Shown one piece after another: positions 48,771 to 59,497 of a stretch of 64,000 bases of DNA. A model generated the notes under the pieces. That model was not told the DNA's origin and searched no databases. It saw only the letters and a program-made list of their open reading frames with translations. Within the stretch, counting starts at the first letter, position 1. The number at the start of each line of letters is the position of its first letter. The position numbers were made by a program, and so were the translations under genes. The stretch comes from Nitrospirota bacterium (lineage in GTDB: Bacteria; Nitrospirota; Thermodesulfovibrionia; Thermodesulfovibrionales; Dissulfurispiraceae): contig CAVPZX010000006.1 in assembly GCA_963710375.1 (NCBI GenBank), positions 32,001-96,000 of the forward strand, in the 5' to 3' direction.

Positions 48771-50078
48771 ATGGAAAAGAAGAACATACTTATAATTGAA
48801 GACGAAGGAGTGCTTGCCTTACAGATAGAAGATGAGCTTTTGCGGATGGGGCATTCTATAGCCGGAATATATACCTCGGGAGAGGAAGCGCTTGGAGGCA
48901 TAGGAACAGCCAGGCCTGATCTGGTGCTGATGGACATAAAGCTTAAGGGAAAGATGGACGGTATAGAGACTGCTGATCGCATAAATAAGCAGTATGACAT
49001 ACCAATAATATATATGACGGCACACTCTGAGGAAAGCACAATTAAAAGGGCGAAACAGACAGATCCCTATGGATATTTGCTGAAGCCTATCAATGTCAAT
49101 GAACTTCAAATAGCCGTAGAAGTAGCGCTGTACAAATCTAAAATACACAAGGAAAAGGCACAGCTGACGCAGAAACTGCGAGAGAGCGAGGAACGTCTGA
49201 GTCTGGCATTGAAAGCATCAGGACAGTCTATTTATGATTCGAATCTAAAAACAGGCGAAGCTATAGTAAGTCCTAATTATGCCCTTATGCTTGGCTATGA
49301 TCCTGCTGAATTTCACGAGACCACCACAGAATGGATTAAGAGACTGCACCCTGATGACAGGGAACGGGTAGCTGCTGTTTACAGAGCTTACATTAAGGGG
49401 GAAATACCTGAATATAAAGTGGAGTTCAGGCAGAAGACAAAGGACCGAAAGTGGAAATGGATACTGTCTGTAGCCAAAATCACGGAGCGTGATGCAGACG
49501 GGAAACCGCTGCGAATGATCGGAACTCATACGGACATCACCGAGCGTAAGCAAGCGGAAGAGAAGATTCACCACCTGGCAACCCACGATGCGTTAACGAA
49601 CTTGCCTGGTTTGAGATTGGCAAAAGACCGCATATTAATGTCCTTGAAGATGGCTGATCGAAATAAAAAATTGGCGGCAATAATGTATATAGACGTGGAC
49701 GGTTTCAAGGAGGTCAATGATAGCTATGGGCATGTCGCAGGGGATATGTTGCTTAAAGAGTTGGGAAAGCGCCTTCTTTCCTGTGTACGCAAAGTTGACA
49801 CTGTTGCACGTATCGGAGGCGACGAATTTCTGCTGGTCTTAACAGAACTGCAATCTCCTGACGATGCAGCGCTTATTGCCAAGAAGATACTCCGGCTCAT
49901 GTCCCAACCTTTTGACCTTTATGGTAGGGTGGCGACAGTTGGGTTAAGTATCGGGATTGCGCTTTATCCGGATCACGGCAAGGATGCGGAGAGTTTAATT
50001 AAACAAGCAGATAAAGCTATGTACGTAATTAAGAATTCCGGAAAAAACAGGTACTCTTTCGCAAGTACAGCGAAGTAG
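48771..50078 (+). CDS. Response regulator diguanylate cyclase (REC-PAS-GGDEF)
   Basis: LVLMDI receiver, LHPDD PAS, DGFKEVNDSYGH, RIGGDEF with RKVD I-site. Confidence 0.93.
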   Translation: MEKKNILIIEDEGVLALQIEDELLRMGHSIAGIYTSGEEALGGIGTARPDLVLMDIKLKGKMDGIETADRINKQYDIPIIYMTAHSEESTIKRAKQTDPYGYLLKPINVNELQIAVEVALYKSKIHKEKAQLTQKLRESEERLSLALKASGQSIYDSNLKTGEAIVSPNYALMLGYDPAEFHETTTEWIKRLHPDDRERVAAVYRAYIKGEIPEYKVEFRQKTKDRKWKWILSVAKITERDADGKPLRMIGTHTDITERKQAEEKIHHLATHDALTNLPGLRLAKDRILMSLKMADRNKKLAAIMYIDVDGFKEVNDSYGHVAGDMLLKELGKRLLSCVRKVDTVARIGGDEFLLVLTELQSPDDAALIAKKILRLMSQPFDLYGRVATVGLSIGIALYPDHGKDAESLIKQADKAMYVIKNSGKNRYSFASTAK

Positions 50079-50081
50079 TTC

Positions 50082-50267
50082 TTATTCATAAATTTATACA
50101 AGGGGCAGTCAGGCCACAGTGCTTCACTCATTCTCGCAAGGCATCCAGCCTTGCTCCGAGGCTATGACAGCCTGTGTCACCATCCTTGGTGTCACTTAGG
50201 CTGTCATAGTCCGCTCATCACCATGTCCCGCCTGCCCCTTGTATAAATTTATGAATAATGTGGGTTA
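50082..50267. mobile_element. Inverted-repeat element family B, copy 2
   Basis: 27-bp perfect inverted repeats; core nearly identical to 9788-9983. Confidence 0.75.
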
Positions 50268-51035
50268 AGGCGTATTTGAAATCCAGTTAACAATGATATC
50301 AACCACTTTATTTTCGATACCGAAATAGCCGTGAGCGCTCAAAGGTTCACATGGCCCTGATTCAGGAAATGCCCCACCGGTAACACCCTCGAAATCAACT
50401 TTAGGACTATGTTTGAATACCCTGGCCATACGTGCGGCCTCATCGAAAGGACATTTCTTGCATTCATCCTGACGATGATGGACCAGGAGCACCGGGTAGG
50501 AAGTCTTCTCAAGAGGAATCCAACGTAAAAACTCTGAATAACTCATTGTTGATGTAAGAATAACTCCTTTAATATTATCATGTTTCAGTTCTGCGCCAAG
50601 ATATGCCGCGGATATAGTGCCTCTGCTTGTCCCGACAAGATATATCGACTTGTACCCCTCCGACGTTAAGTATTCGACAACTTTTGTAATATCTTGCAGA
50701 TGCTCCTTTGATGTTCTGAAATTGTCATCCATTCCTCTTTTGTCGGAAGGAGAATCGACAACTGCGACGAGAAATCCCTTTTTTGCAAAATCCGGGGCGG
50801 TCCTGACTAAAAAATTCTTTCCTTTTGAGATAACTCCATTGTCGGAGCTGAATTGATTATACCCGCTTCCTCCCGGAAACATTATCAGAACTTTATCCGT
50901 CTGCGTATCAGTTGAAACAAGCAGAAGATTCAGAGTAACTCCCTGGCGAGTATCGATCTTGACGACTTCTTCACTCGCAAAAAGACATGAGGGGATCAGG
51001 ATCAAGAAGATAAAAAAGATTGTTTTCCTAAACAT
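50265..51035 (-). CDS. Secreted alpha/beta hydrolase
   Basis: Signal peptide, GTSRG nucleophile elbow, HHRQD, HGYFG. Confidence 0.82.
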   Translation of the reverse strand: MFRKTIFFIFLILIPSCLFASEEVVKIDTRQGVTLNLLLVSTDTQTDKVLIMFPGGSGYNQFSSDNGVISKGKNFLVRTAPDFAKKGFLVAVVDSPSDKRGMDDNFRTSKEHLQDITKVVEYLTSEGYKSIYLVGTSRGTISAAYLGAELKHDNIKGVILTSTMSYSEFLRWIPLEKTSYPVLLVHHRQDECKKCPFDEAARMARVFKHSPKVDFEGVTGGAFPESGPCEPLSAHGYFGIENKVVDIIVNWISNTP

Positions 51036-51168
51036 ATAAATACTCTCCTTCAGTTTTTCTTATCGCTTGATTTGAGTGTAACATAACTTGCCCCGGGATT
51101 GGCGGGTACTTGCGCGATGGGCATTATTCCGATTATCATTATGAATTCAACTGAGGTGAATACTTGTT

Positions 51169-52344
51169 ATGCCTGTGCATACCGGTCTTGACAGCTTTGA
51201 AAAGAGGTGGCCGAAAGGCTTAAGGGGAGCGAGGGTTGGGCTCCTTGTACACCCTGCTTCAGTGAACAGGAAACTGGAGCATGCTGCAGACCTCTTCCTG
51301 CGATCACGCAAGCTTACACTCAAGGTCCTTTTCGGCCCGCAGCACGGTATCCGTGGCGAGACACAGGATAATATGATTGAATGGGAAGGTTTCAGGGACG
51401 GGCGCACTGGATTGCCTGTTTTCAGTCTTTACGGCCACACAAGGAAGCCTGAGTCGGCGATGCTGGAAGACATCGACGTAATGGTTATCGATTTGCAGGA
51501 TATCGGTTCGCGCTACTATACGTTCATTTGGACTATGGAACTCTGCATGCAGTCCTGTCTTGAGGCTGGCAAACCGGTAGTGGTTCTCGACAGGCCCAAT
51601 CCCATAGGCGGCACGCTTGTGGAGGGACCGGTGCTCGATGAGCAATGTGCATCGTTTGTCGGACAACGGCCGCTTCCTGTGCGCCACGGTATGAGCATGG
51701 GGGAAATCGCATTATATTTGAAAGAATCATTCTATCCAGGACTTGAATTGCACATTGTTCCCATGCAAGGCTGGCAGAGAAAAATGTGGTTTGATAATAC
51801 GAAATTGCCCTGGGTTTTGCCTTCACCGAACATGCCTGCAATAGATACAGCATCCGTGTATCCTGGAATGTGTCTTCTGGAAGGGACCATGGTCAGTGAA
51901 GGACGCGGCACCACGCGCCCATTCGAGATTTTCGGCGCCCCCTATATAGATCCGGACAGACTTGTCAAAAAGCTCATTACATATAAACTGTCTGGTGTAG
52001 TTTTCAGGCCGATGTACTTTAAGCCTGCTTTTCAAAAGCATGCAGGCGCGCTCTGCGGAGGGGCGCAGATACATATTACCGGAAGGGAGCGCTTCAGGCC
52101 GTTCAGAACAGGAGTTGCCGTTATCATGTCTATACTAGATCTTTACCCGAAAGATTTCCTGTGGAAGCTTCCTCCATATGAATATGAAACGGAGAAAATG
52201 CCTTTCGATATTTTGGCAGGAACGGAAAGACTCAGGCAGGAGATAGAAAAGGGAGAGCGCCTCGACCGGATGGAGGCGTGGTGGAGAGAACAGAGTCAAA
52301 GCTTTCAGAAGAATGTGCGAAGAAGATTTATGCTTTATGTTTAA
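51169..52344 (+). CDS. Exo-beta-N-acetylmuramidase NamZ (DUF1343) family
   Basis: FGPQHGIRG, FSLYG, DLQDIGSRYYTF, DRPNPIG, PSPNMP, SEGRGTTRPFE. Confidence 0.9.
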   Translation: MPVHTGLDSFEKRWPKGLRGARVGLLVHPASVNRKLEHAADLFLRSRKLTLKVLFGPQHGIRGETQDNMIEWEGFRDGRTGLPVFSLYGHTRKPESAMLEDIDVMVIDLQDIGSRYYTFIWTMELCMQSCLEAGKPVVVLDRPNPIGGTLVEGPVLDEQCASFVGQRPLPVRHGMSMGEIALYLKESFYPGLELHIVPMQGWQRKMWFDNTKLPWVLPSPNMPAIDTASVYPGMCLLEGTMVSEGRGTTRPFEIFGAPYIDPDRLVKKLITYKLSGVVFRPMYFKPAFQKHAGALCGGAQIHITGRERFRPFRTGVAVIMSILDLYPKDFLWKLPPYEYETEKMPFDILAGTERLRQEIEKGERLDRMEAWWREQSQSFQKNVRRRFMLYV

Positions 52345-54214
52345 AGATATCCGCTGTTTTGTCCCTGCTGCTGGTTTTGGCGAACGGATGAGGCCGATCA
52401 GCGACTATCTCCCAAAGCCGCTTCTTCCGGTACTCGGCAAACCGGTGCTTGGACATGTGCTCGAAAAACTCACCCGCCTAGGCGGGCTGATGGTGCAACA
52501 CATCGGCATCAATTTGCACCACAAAAAAGAACCGATCAAAGAATGGTTAGAAAGATCATCCTATAAAAGCAAGGTGTTTTTTTTCACCGAGGACCAGATA
52601 CTGGATACAGGTGGTGCGTTGAAGAACGCTGAATCGTTTCTGTCTGAGAGCAGCGTCTTTCTCGTTCACAATGCCGATATTCTCGCGGACTTTGACTTAA
52701 CAAAGCTGCTGGAGCACCACTATGCTTCAGGGAATATATTGACGCTTGCCGTCCACGATTGCCCCTGTTTTAATAGTGTTGCGGTGGACGGCAACGGCAA
52801 CCTGAAAGGAGTAGTTGGGAAGGCATATCTGCCAGATCCTGCGAAAGAACGTTTGGTAGCCTACACCGGCATTGCCGTATATGACAGGGCCTTCCTCAAG
52901 TTTCTCCCTGAAGGGAAATCGAGTGTTGTCAACGCCTGGATGAACGCCGCAGCGTCCGGATGCAGGACAGGCACAATGGATGTCACCGGGTCATACTGGA
53001 CCGATGTAGGGACGCCGGCTGCTTACGCTTCCGCTGTTATTAGTGCATTAAGGGCTGATGGCGAGAACCTCTATTTTGATACTGGAGCTGCTGGCTGTGC
53101 CGGTGCTCTCTTTAACGGTTATAACGCCGTCGAAAAGGGATGCAATATCAAACGGGGAGTTTCGCTGCGGAATTGTATTGTGCTGCCATGGAGCATGCCC
53201 GATCAGGGCGCTTACGAGAACTCTATCATAGGTCCGGATTTTGTTCTCCCCTTTGTCGAAAACAGGACAGAGGCGTCATCAGGTGATGGCGGAACGCTTA
53301 TAGGCATTGGCGGTTCCGACAGGAAATATTTGAGAGTCCAAAGAGAAGGGAAAACTGCAGTACTTATGCAGTGTGCCGAGGGTGATCCGGATTTCACGCG
53401 GCATATCGAATATACCCGCTTTTTTCGAAAATTCGAGCTCCCGGTGCCCGGGCTTATCAGCGTGAAGCCTGAAAGTGGTATTGCCATTTTCGAAGACCTA
53501 GGAGATATGTCTCTCTATAGCTGGTTTAAGTGTCCAAGAGACAGCAGCCAGGTGGAGCAGATATACAGAAGGACGCTTGATACCCTGGTAATGCTTCATG
53601 GCACGATAACAGATCACGTTGCCGAATGCCCTCTCCTTGCAAACAGGGTTTTTGATTATGACCACCTGCGCTGGGAGACGGCATATTTTATTGAGAGATT
53701 TATAGAGGGTGTGCGGGGGATGACAATATATAATTCTCAGCTACTGGAGGATGACTTCAATCGCCTGGCTTTGAAAGTTGATGCATTTCCGAAGACAGTT
53801 ATTCACCGTGACTTTCAGTCACAGAACATTATGGTCGTGCCGCCGGAAACTCCGAGGCTTATAGACTATCAGGGCGCACGGATGGCCCCCCCTGCTTATG
53901 ATGTGGTCTCTCTCTTATGGGACCCGTACTTTCGCCTGGATGACGCAATGCGGACCCGCCTTGTAGAATATTATATGGACCGCATGCATGCCGTAGACAC
54001 AGGCTTCGATGCTGAAAAGTTCAGGGCAACGCTGCTGCCCTGCCGTTTGCAGCGACACATGCAGGCCTTGGGCGCGTTCGGCTTCCTTTCTTCGGTAAAG
54101 GGCAAAAAATATTTTCTGAAGCATGTCCCCGAAGCATTGAGAATGCTGAAGGAAGAGACGGCCCTTGCCAGGGATGAGTACCCGGCGATGTATGAATTGG
54201 TGGCTGGACTCTGA
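52337..54214 (+). CDS. Fusion of a sugar-phosphate nucleotidyltransferase (MurU-like) and an APH-family kinase (AmgK-like)
   Basis: AAGFGERMRP...PKPL and DTGGALK; then GGSDRKY, EDLGD, HRDFQSQNIM, IDYQ, QRHMQALG. Confidence 0.85.
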   Translation: MFKDIRCFVPAAGFGERMRPISDYLPKPLLPVLGKPVLGHVLEKLTRLGGLMVQHIGINLHHKKEPIKEWLERSSYKSKVFFFTEDQILDTGGALKNAESFLSESSVFLVHNADILADFDLTKLLEHHYASGNILTLAVHDCPCFNSVAVDGNGNLKGVVGKAYLPDPAKERLVAYTGIAVYDRAFLKFLPEGKSSVVNAWMNAAASGCRTGTMDVTGSYWTDVGTPAAYASAVISALRADGENLYFDTGAAGCAGALFNGYNAVEKGCNIKRGVSLRNCIVLPWSMPDQGAYENSIIGPDFVLPFVENRTEASSGDGGTLIGIGGSDRKYLRVQREGKTAVLMQCAEGDPDFTRHIEYTRFFRKFELPVPGLISVKPESGIAIFEDLGDMSLYSWFKCPRDSSQVEQIYRRTLDTLVMLHGTITDHVAECPLLANRVFDYDHLRWETAYFIERFIEGVRGMTIYNSQLLEDDFNRLALKVDAFPKTVIHRDFQSQNIMVVPPETPRLIDYQGARMAPPAYDVVSLLWDPYFRLDDAMRTRLVEYYMDRMHAVDTGFDAEKFRATLLPCRLQRHMQALGAFGFLSSVKGKKYFLKHVPEALRMLKEETALARDEYPAMYELVAGL

Positions 54215-54314
54215 GGGCACTTGTTTCCGCCCTGTCCTTGCCTATCTGAAACCTCCTCTCTAAGTTGCAAAATACTACAGAAAATACTAATATCAAAGGC
54301 AAATAAGGGGGGAA

Positions 54315-57152
54315 ATGGGAAAAACTCCTGAAGACGAAGCTCGCGAAGTAATCGACAATCTCCTTCAAAAGGCGGGCTGGCATATTTGTGATTATAAAAA
54401 TGCCAATATTCACGCCGGAATCGGCGTGGTCATCAGAAACTTTCCCCTAAAGCCCGGCCACGGAACAGCCGACTATCTCTTCTATATCGAAGACAAGGCA
54501 GCCGGTATTATAGAGGCGAAAAAGGAAGGGACAACCCTCACAGGCGTCGAGATCCAATCCGACAAATACAAGCAAGGCCTTCCCGATATTCTTCCCGCCT
54601 GGCATCGGCCTTTGCCTTTCTGTTATGAATCAACAGGCGTCGAAACCAGGTTTACAAATTACCTTGATCCGGATGCTTGTTCCCGCCGCATATTTTCTTT
54701 CCATCGGCCCGAGACCCTTGCAGCGTGGCTTAAGGATGAAAGACACGTTGCGTTAGACCGTGCAGCCGAGACGCTGGCAGTATACAATAAGCCCTCGACC
54801 TTGCGCTCACGACTTCGCGAGATGCCGCTGTTAAGAGAAGAAGGTCTCTGGCCGGCGCAGATCAAGGCGATCAGAAATCTCGAAAAATCTCTTGCTGATA
54901 ACCGACCACGCGCCCTCATCCAGATGGCTACCGGAAGCGGCAAGACCTTTACCGCTGTCAATTTCATTTACCGGCTCATCCGGTTCGGAGGAGCCCAGAG
55001 AGTGCTCTTCCTTGTTGACAGGGCAAACCTGGGCCGCCAGACCAAGAAAGAATTCGATCAGTTTCAATCGCCCTACAGTCCATACAAATTTACTGAGGAA
55101 TACATAGTCCAGCAGCTTAAGTCGAATAAGATCGACACCACCGCCAGGGTATGCATTTCAACAATCCAGCGACTTTACTCCATTCTTAAGGGAGAAGAAT
55201 TGGACGAGGAACTTGATGAACATTCTGCCGCAGGGCTTGAGGACCTATTCAAAGAGCCGCAGCCTGTGGAGTATAACCCTGCTGTTCCTCCCGAGACCTT
55301 CGACATCATCGTGACCGACGAATGTCATCGTTCCATCTACAACCTCTGGCGTCAGGTGCTCGAATATTTCGATTCCTTCATCATCGGCCTTACCGCAACA
55401 CCGAACAAACAGACCTTCGGGTTTTTTAACCAGAACCTAGTAATGGAATACCCTCACGAGCAGGCGGTGGCGGATGGCGTGAATGTCAATTACGACGTTT
55501 ACCGGATCAGGACAAATATCACCCAGAAAGGCTCGACAGTTGAGGCAGGCTATTTTGTGGATAAGCGTGACCGCGAGACCAGAGCTGTCCGATGGGAGAA
55601 GCTCGATGACGATCTCGAATATACCCCTGGCCAGCTCGACAGGGACGTAGTGGCGGAGGACCAGATCCGCACCATTATCCGGACCTTCAGGGACAAGCTC
55701 TTCACCGAGATATTCCCCGGCCGTACAGATGTGCCGAAGACACTTATCTATGCAAAGGACGACTCCCATGCCGAGGATATTGTGAAGATTGTCAGGGAAG
55801 AATTCGGCAAGGGGAATGAGTTTTGCCAAAAGATCACCTATAAGACCACCGGTGTAAGCCCTGATGAGCTGATCGCTTCTTTCAGGAACAGCTATTTCCC
55901 GAGGATCGCGGTTACGGTCAACATGATTGCCACCGGAACAGACATCAAACCCCTCGAAATCGTTCTCTTTCTGCGAACAGTCAAGTCACTCACTTACTTC
56001 GAGCAGATGAAAGGTCGTGGCGTGCGAATCATCAGTGACGACGATCTTATCGCGGTCACCCCAGATGCAAAGGGAAAGACTAAATTTATTATCGTCGATG
56101 CTGTTGGTGTCTGTGAGCAGGACAAGACCGACTCCCGTCCCATGGAAAAGCAGCGCACTGTTCCTCTTGAAAAGCTCCTTCAGGCAGTTGCCCTCGGTAA
56201 TACTGATCCTGAAGTTATCTCATCCATTGCAGTGCGTTTTTCGAGGCTCGAAAAAAAGCTCACTCCCGAAGATAAGGCGGCAGTCCAGAAACTCGCTGAT
56301 GGAAAGAGCCTTAAGGCTCTGACCGGCGTTCTTGTGCAGTCTATCGATCCTGACCGCCATGTTGAAAGAGCAAGGAAAGATAATACGGAAGTTATTGAGC
56401 CAACGGCTCAGCAGATCAAGCAGGCGTCCGAAAAGATCATTAAAGAGGCGGCATCGCCTTTCCACAATCCCGAGCTGCGAAATAAGATTCTCGAACTCCA
56501 CAGACTCACCGAGCAAACGATTGATACGGTGAGCAAGGATGAAGTAACCGAGGCCGGATTCAGCGCCGATGCGCTGGAGAAGGCGAAGGGGATGGTGACT
56601 TCATTCGAGCAGTTTATAAAAGACCACAAGGACGAAATAACCGCCTTGCAGATTCTTTACAGTTTACCTGCTCGTTCCATGAGCACGCGCGCAGGCAGGC
56701 GCCTCCAGTTCGAGCAGATCAAAGAGCTGGCGAATATTATCGAGCGGCCGCCCTATCTATGGGGGATCGACAGGCTCTGGGATGCATATGCCGCGCTTGA
56801 GAGGTCAAAGGTCAGGGGCGCGGGCAGCCATCGGATATTGACCGACCTTGTCTCCCTTATCCGCTTTGCCCTCCATCAGGACAATGAACTGGAACCCTAT
56901 GCAGAGCACGTGCAGGAGCGTTTTAATTCGTGGCTTGTAAGCCAGGAAAAGGCAGGGAAGAAGTTCAGCGACGAGCAGATATTCTGACTTGAGAAGATCA
57001 AGGAACATATTATGGGAAGTCTGAGCATGGGCAGAGAAGATTTCGACTATACGCCGTTCAAGGAAAAAGGAGGCATCGGAAAGGCTTATCAGCTTTTCGG
57101 GGAAGAGCTGTGGGGGATGCTTGATGAAATGAATGAGGTGCTGGCGGCGTGA
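54315..57152 (+). CDS. hsdR: Type I restriction subunit R (EcoEI-like), with an in-frame TGA at 56985-56987
   Basis: ADY...IEAKK nuclease motif, MATGSGKT, DECHR, QMKGRG. The frame continues 54 more codons to a TGA that overlaps the hsdS start. Confidence 0.9.
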
Positions 57153-58645
57153 GGAAAGGTCTTAAAAGAAAACTCTCTGATAATGCGACGTTACCAAAAG
57201 GATGGGAATGGTCTACGCTTGGTGAAATCTCAGATAAACCGCAATATGGATGGACCACGAAGGCCAATCATGAAACAGGTAATCTTAAACTTCTCAGAAC
57301 AACGGACATCACTTCGGGTGCCATTGATTGGTCCACTGTCCCATATTGCACAGAAAAGCCTGACGATATCGAAAAATATTTGGTCAAATCTGGCGATATT
57401 TTAATTTCGCGGGCAGGTTCTGTCGGCGTAAGTTTTCTGATAAATCGACCCGAACGCGCCGTATTCGCCTCGTATCTTATCCGTTTCAGAATAAAGGAGC
57501 CGATCGAAGCAAAATACGTCAACTATTACTTAAAAAGTCCAGCCTATTGGGACGTTATTGGCCAAAGCAAACTGGGGATAGCTGTTCCAAATGTTAACGC
57601 AACAAAGCTCTCACAGGTGCCGATTCCATTAGCTCCACTTAACACCCAACAGCAGATCACGGAGGAGATCGAAAAACAATTTTCCCGGCTGGACGAAGCG
57701 GTTGCGGGGCTCAAGCGCATCAAGGCAAACATCAAACGTTACAAAGCGGCTGTCCTTACGGCAGCTGTTGAAGGGAAGATGACGGAAGAATGGCGAAAAC
57801 AAAATCCAAATATTGAACCCGCAGATAAGCTCCTCAAACGCATTCTCGCCGAACGAAAAAAGAAATGGGAAGCAGAGCATCCCGGAAAGAAATTCAAAGA
57901 GCCCACATCACCTGACCTCTCAAATCTGACAGAGTTGGCGGAGGGGTGGGCGTGGGTTACGTTTTCGCAGATAGCGCTGTTTCAAAACGGCCGGTCTTTC
58001 CCTAGTAAGGCGTACTCTTCTGGCGGAGTAAAGTTACTCCGGCCCGGCAATCTATATTCGGATAGCTCAGTGAGGTGGAGAGACTACAATACAAGAAGAC
58101 TGCCAGAAGCATGGGCAGACAAGTATCCAGATTATCTTGTGGGCGGCGGCGAGCTTATCATGAATCTCACCGCACAGTCACTAAGAGATGAATTTCTAGG
58201 ACGTACATGCATCACTGGCGAAGTAGAACGTTGCCTCCTTAATCAGCGGTTAGCGAGGATCTCCCCATTGCTTGGTGTGCTTCCGCGCTTTCTGCTATGG
58301 GTCTTAAAGGCGAAGCGCTTCAGGGACTTTGTCGATACGCTTAATACAGGCAGCCTTATTCAACATATGTTTACCTCTGATCTTGATCAATTCAATTTTC
58401 CGCTTCCACCCCAAGCCGAGCAAGAATCCATTATTAAAGAACTTGAAAGCCGCTTTTCTGTCGCCGAAGAAATCGAAACTGTTCTGGACACGAATCTCAA
58501 GCGCGCTGAACGCCTGCGGCAGTCGATTTTGAAAATGGCTTTTTCCGGTCATTTGATTCCAAAGAGAGCGGATCATTATGCTGCGGATTTGGCCGAGTTG
58601 CCGATGGCGGCAGAATCGACAATCCCCTACGGTTCCAGCAAGTGA
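57149..58645 (+). CDS. hsdS: Type I specificity subunit S
   Basis: LPKGWEW, two TRDs each followed by P(L/P)..Q helical spacers, LRQSILKMAFSG. Confidence 0.93.
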   Translation: MRKGLKRKLSDNATLPKGWEWSTLGEISDKPQYGWTTKANHETGNLKLLRTTDITSGAIDWSTVPYCTEKPDDIEKYLVKSGDILISRAGSVGVSFLINRPERAVFASYLIRFRIKEPIEAKYVNYYLKSPAYWDVIGQSKLGIAVPNVNATKLSQVPIPLAPLNTQQQITEEIEKQFSRLDEAVAGLKRIKANIKRYKAAVLTAAVEGKMTEEWRKQNPNIEPADKLLKRILAERKKKWEAEHPGKKFKEPTSPDLSNLTELAEGWAWVTFSQIALFQNGRSFPSKAYSSGGVKLLRPGNLYSDSSVRWRDYNTRRLPEAWADKYPDYLVGGGELIMNLTAQSLRDEFLGRTCITGEVERCLLNQRLARISPLLGVLPRFLLWVLKAKRFRDFVDTLNTGSLIQHMFTSDLDQFNFPLPPQAEQESIIKELESRFSVAEEIETVLDTNLKRAERLRQSILKMAFSGHLIPKRADHYAADLAELPMAAESTIPYGSSK

Positions 58646-59295
58646 AAAAATCCCCTCGCTACGCCACCTCTCATCTCTCCGAATCCCAATTCGAGCCAGG
58701 CTCTAACGATCAGGTGCTCAAGAACAAATTAGGTATTACAAGTCCTGACGAAATTGACAGGCGTGAGAAAGAAGAGCAGTTGCGGGCAATGGATGACCTG
58801 ACTGAGCTTTTCGACAGAGACCACCGGTTCAATGCTGAAGACATTTGTTCAATGCATAAAATCTGGCTTGGAAACGTCTACGAATGGGCAGGGAAATATC
58901 GACAGGTAAAGATGAGCAAGGGCGATTTTACTTTTGCCTTTCCTGAACAGATTCCCAAATTAATGACCGAGGTCGAAAGGGGACCGCTCTACGTGTTCAC
59001 GCCATGTCACGTTAAAACACATGATGAGATCGCTAATGCATTGGCTGTTGTCCACACGGAATTGGTGCTAATTCATCCCTTCCGAGAGGGAAACGGCAGA
59101 GTCGCAAGAATGCTGGCTATATTGATGGGACTTCAGGCTGGATTGCCGCCGCTCGATTTTCAAGAAATGATCACAAAGGATAAAGAAGAATATATACAGG
59201 CAATTCATATTAGTGTTAGCGGAAACTATGCGCCAATGAAAAAGGTTTTTACAGCTGTTATTCGTAAGACGCTGCGGGTTCGTGAACAGCGATGA
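58642..59295 (+). CDS. Fic-domain protein (FicT-like)
   Basis: VLKNKLGI, WAGKYR, canonical HPFREGNGRVAR. Confidence 0.93.
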   Translation: MKKSPRYATSHLSESQFEPGSNDQVLKNKLGITSPDEIDRREKEEQLRAMDDLTELFDRDHRFNAEDICSMHKIWLGNVYEWAGKYRQVKMSKGDFTFAFPEQIPKLMTEVERGPLYVFTPCHVKTHDEIANALAVVHTELVLIHPFREGNGRVARMLAILMGLQAGLPPLDFQEMITKDKEEYIQAIHISVSGNYAPMKKVFTAVIRKTLRVREQR

Positions 59296-59455
59296 CCTCT
59301 TTCAGCTTCTTTTCCGCTGACTTTGAAAGCTTGGGATACTTGGTAAGCACCCCTTCGACCGCAGTTGACGAGGAGACAGCTTGATAAATCAACTCCTTAC
59401 ACAGTTTAGGGTCTTTGAGGTACGGATTAGTCTGTTTAAGAGGCTTTTTCAACAT
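59258..59455 (-). CDS. Putative Fic antitoxin (65 aa)
   Basis: AVSSSTAVEG matches (S/T)xxxE(G/N); extended -10 TGATAAAAT 5 nt before the ATG. Confidence 0.7.
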   Translation of the reverse strand: MLKKPLKQTNPYLKDPKLCKELIYQAVSSSTAVEGVLTKYPKLSKSAEKKLKEVIAVHEPAASYE

Positions 59456-59497
59456 ACTTTATTTTATCATATCGTGTCTGTATTTAGGGAGATTTAG

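Noticed and set aside
56985..56987. Selenocysteine or genetic-code reassignment at the hsdR TGA
   Set aside because: The expected residue is Trp, not Cys, and TGA is an ordinary stop in many genes here
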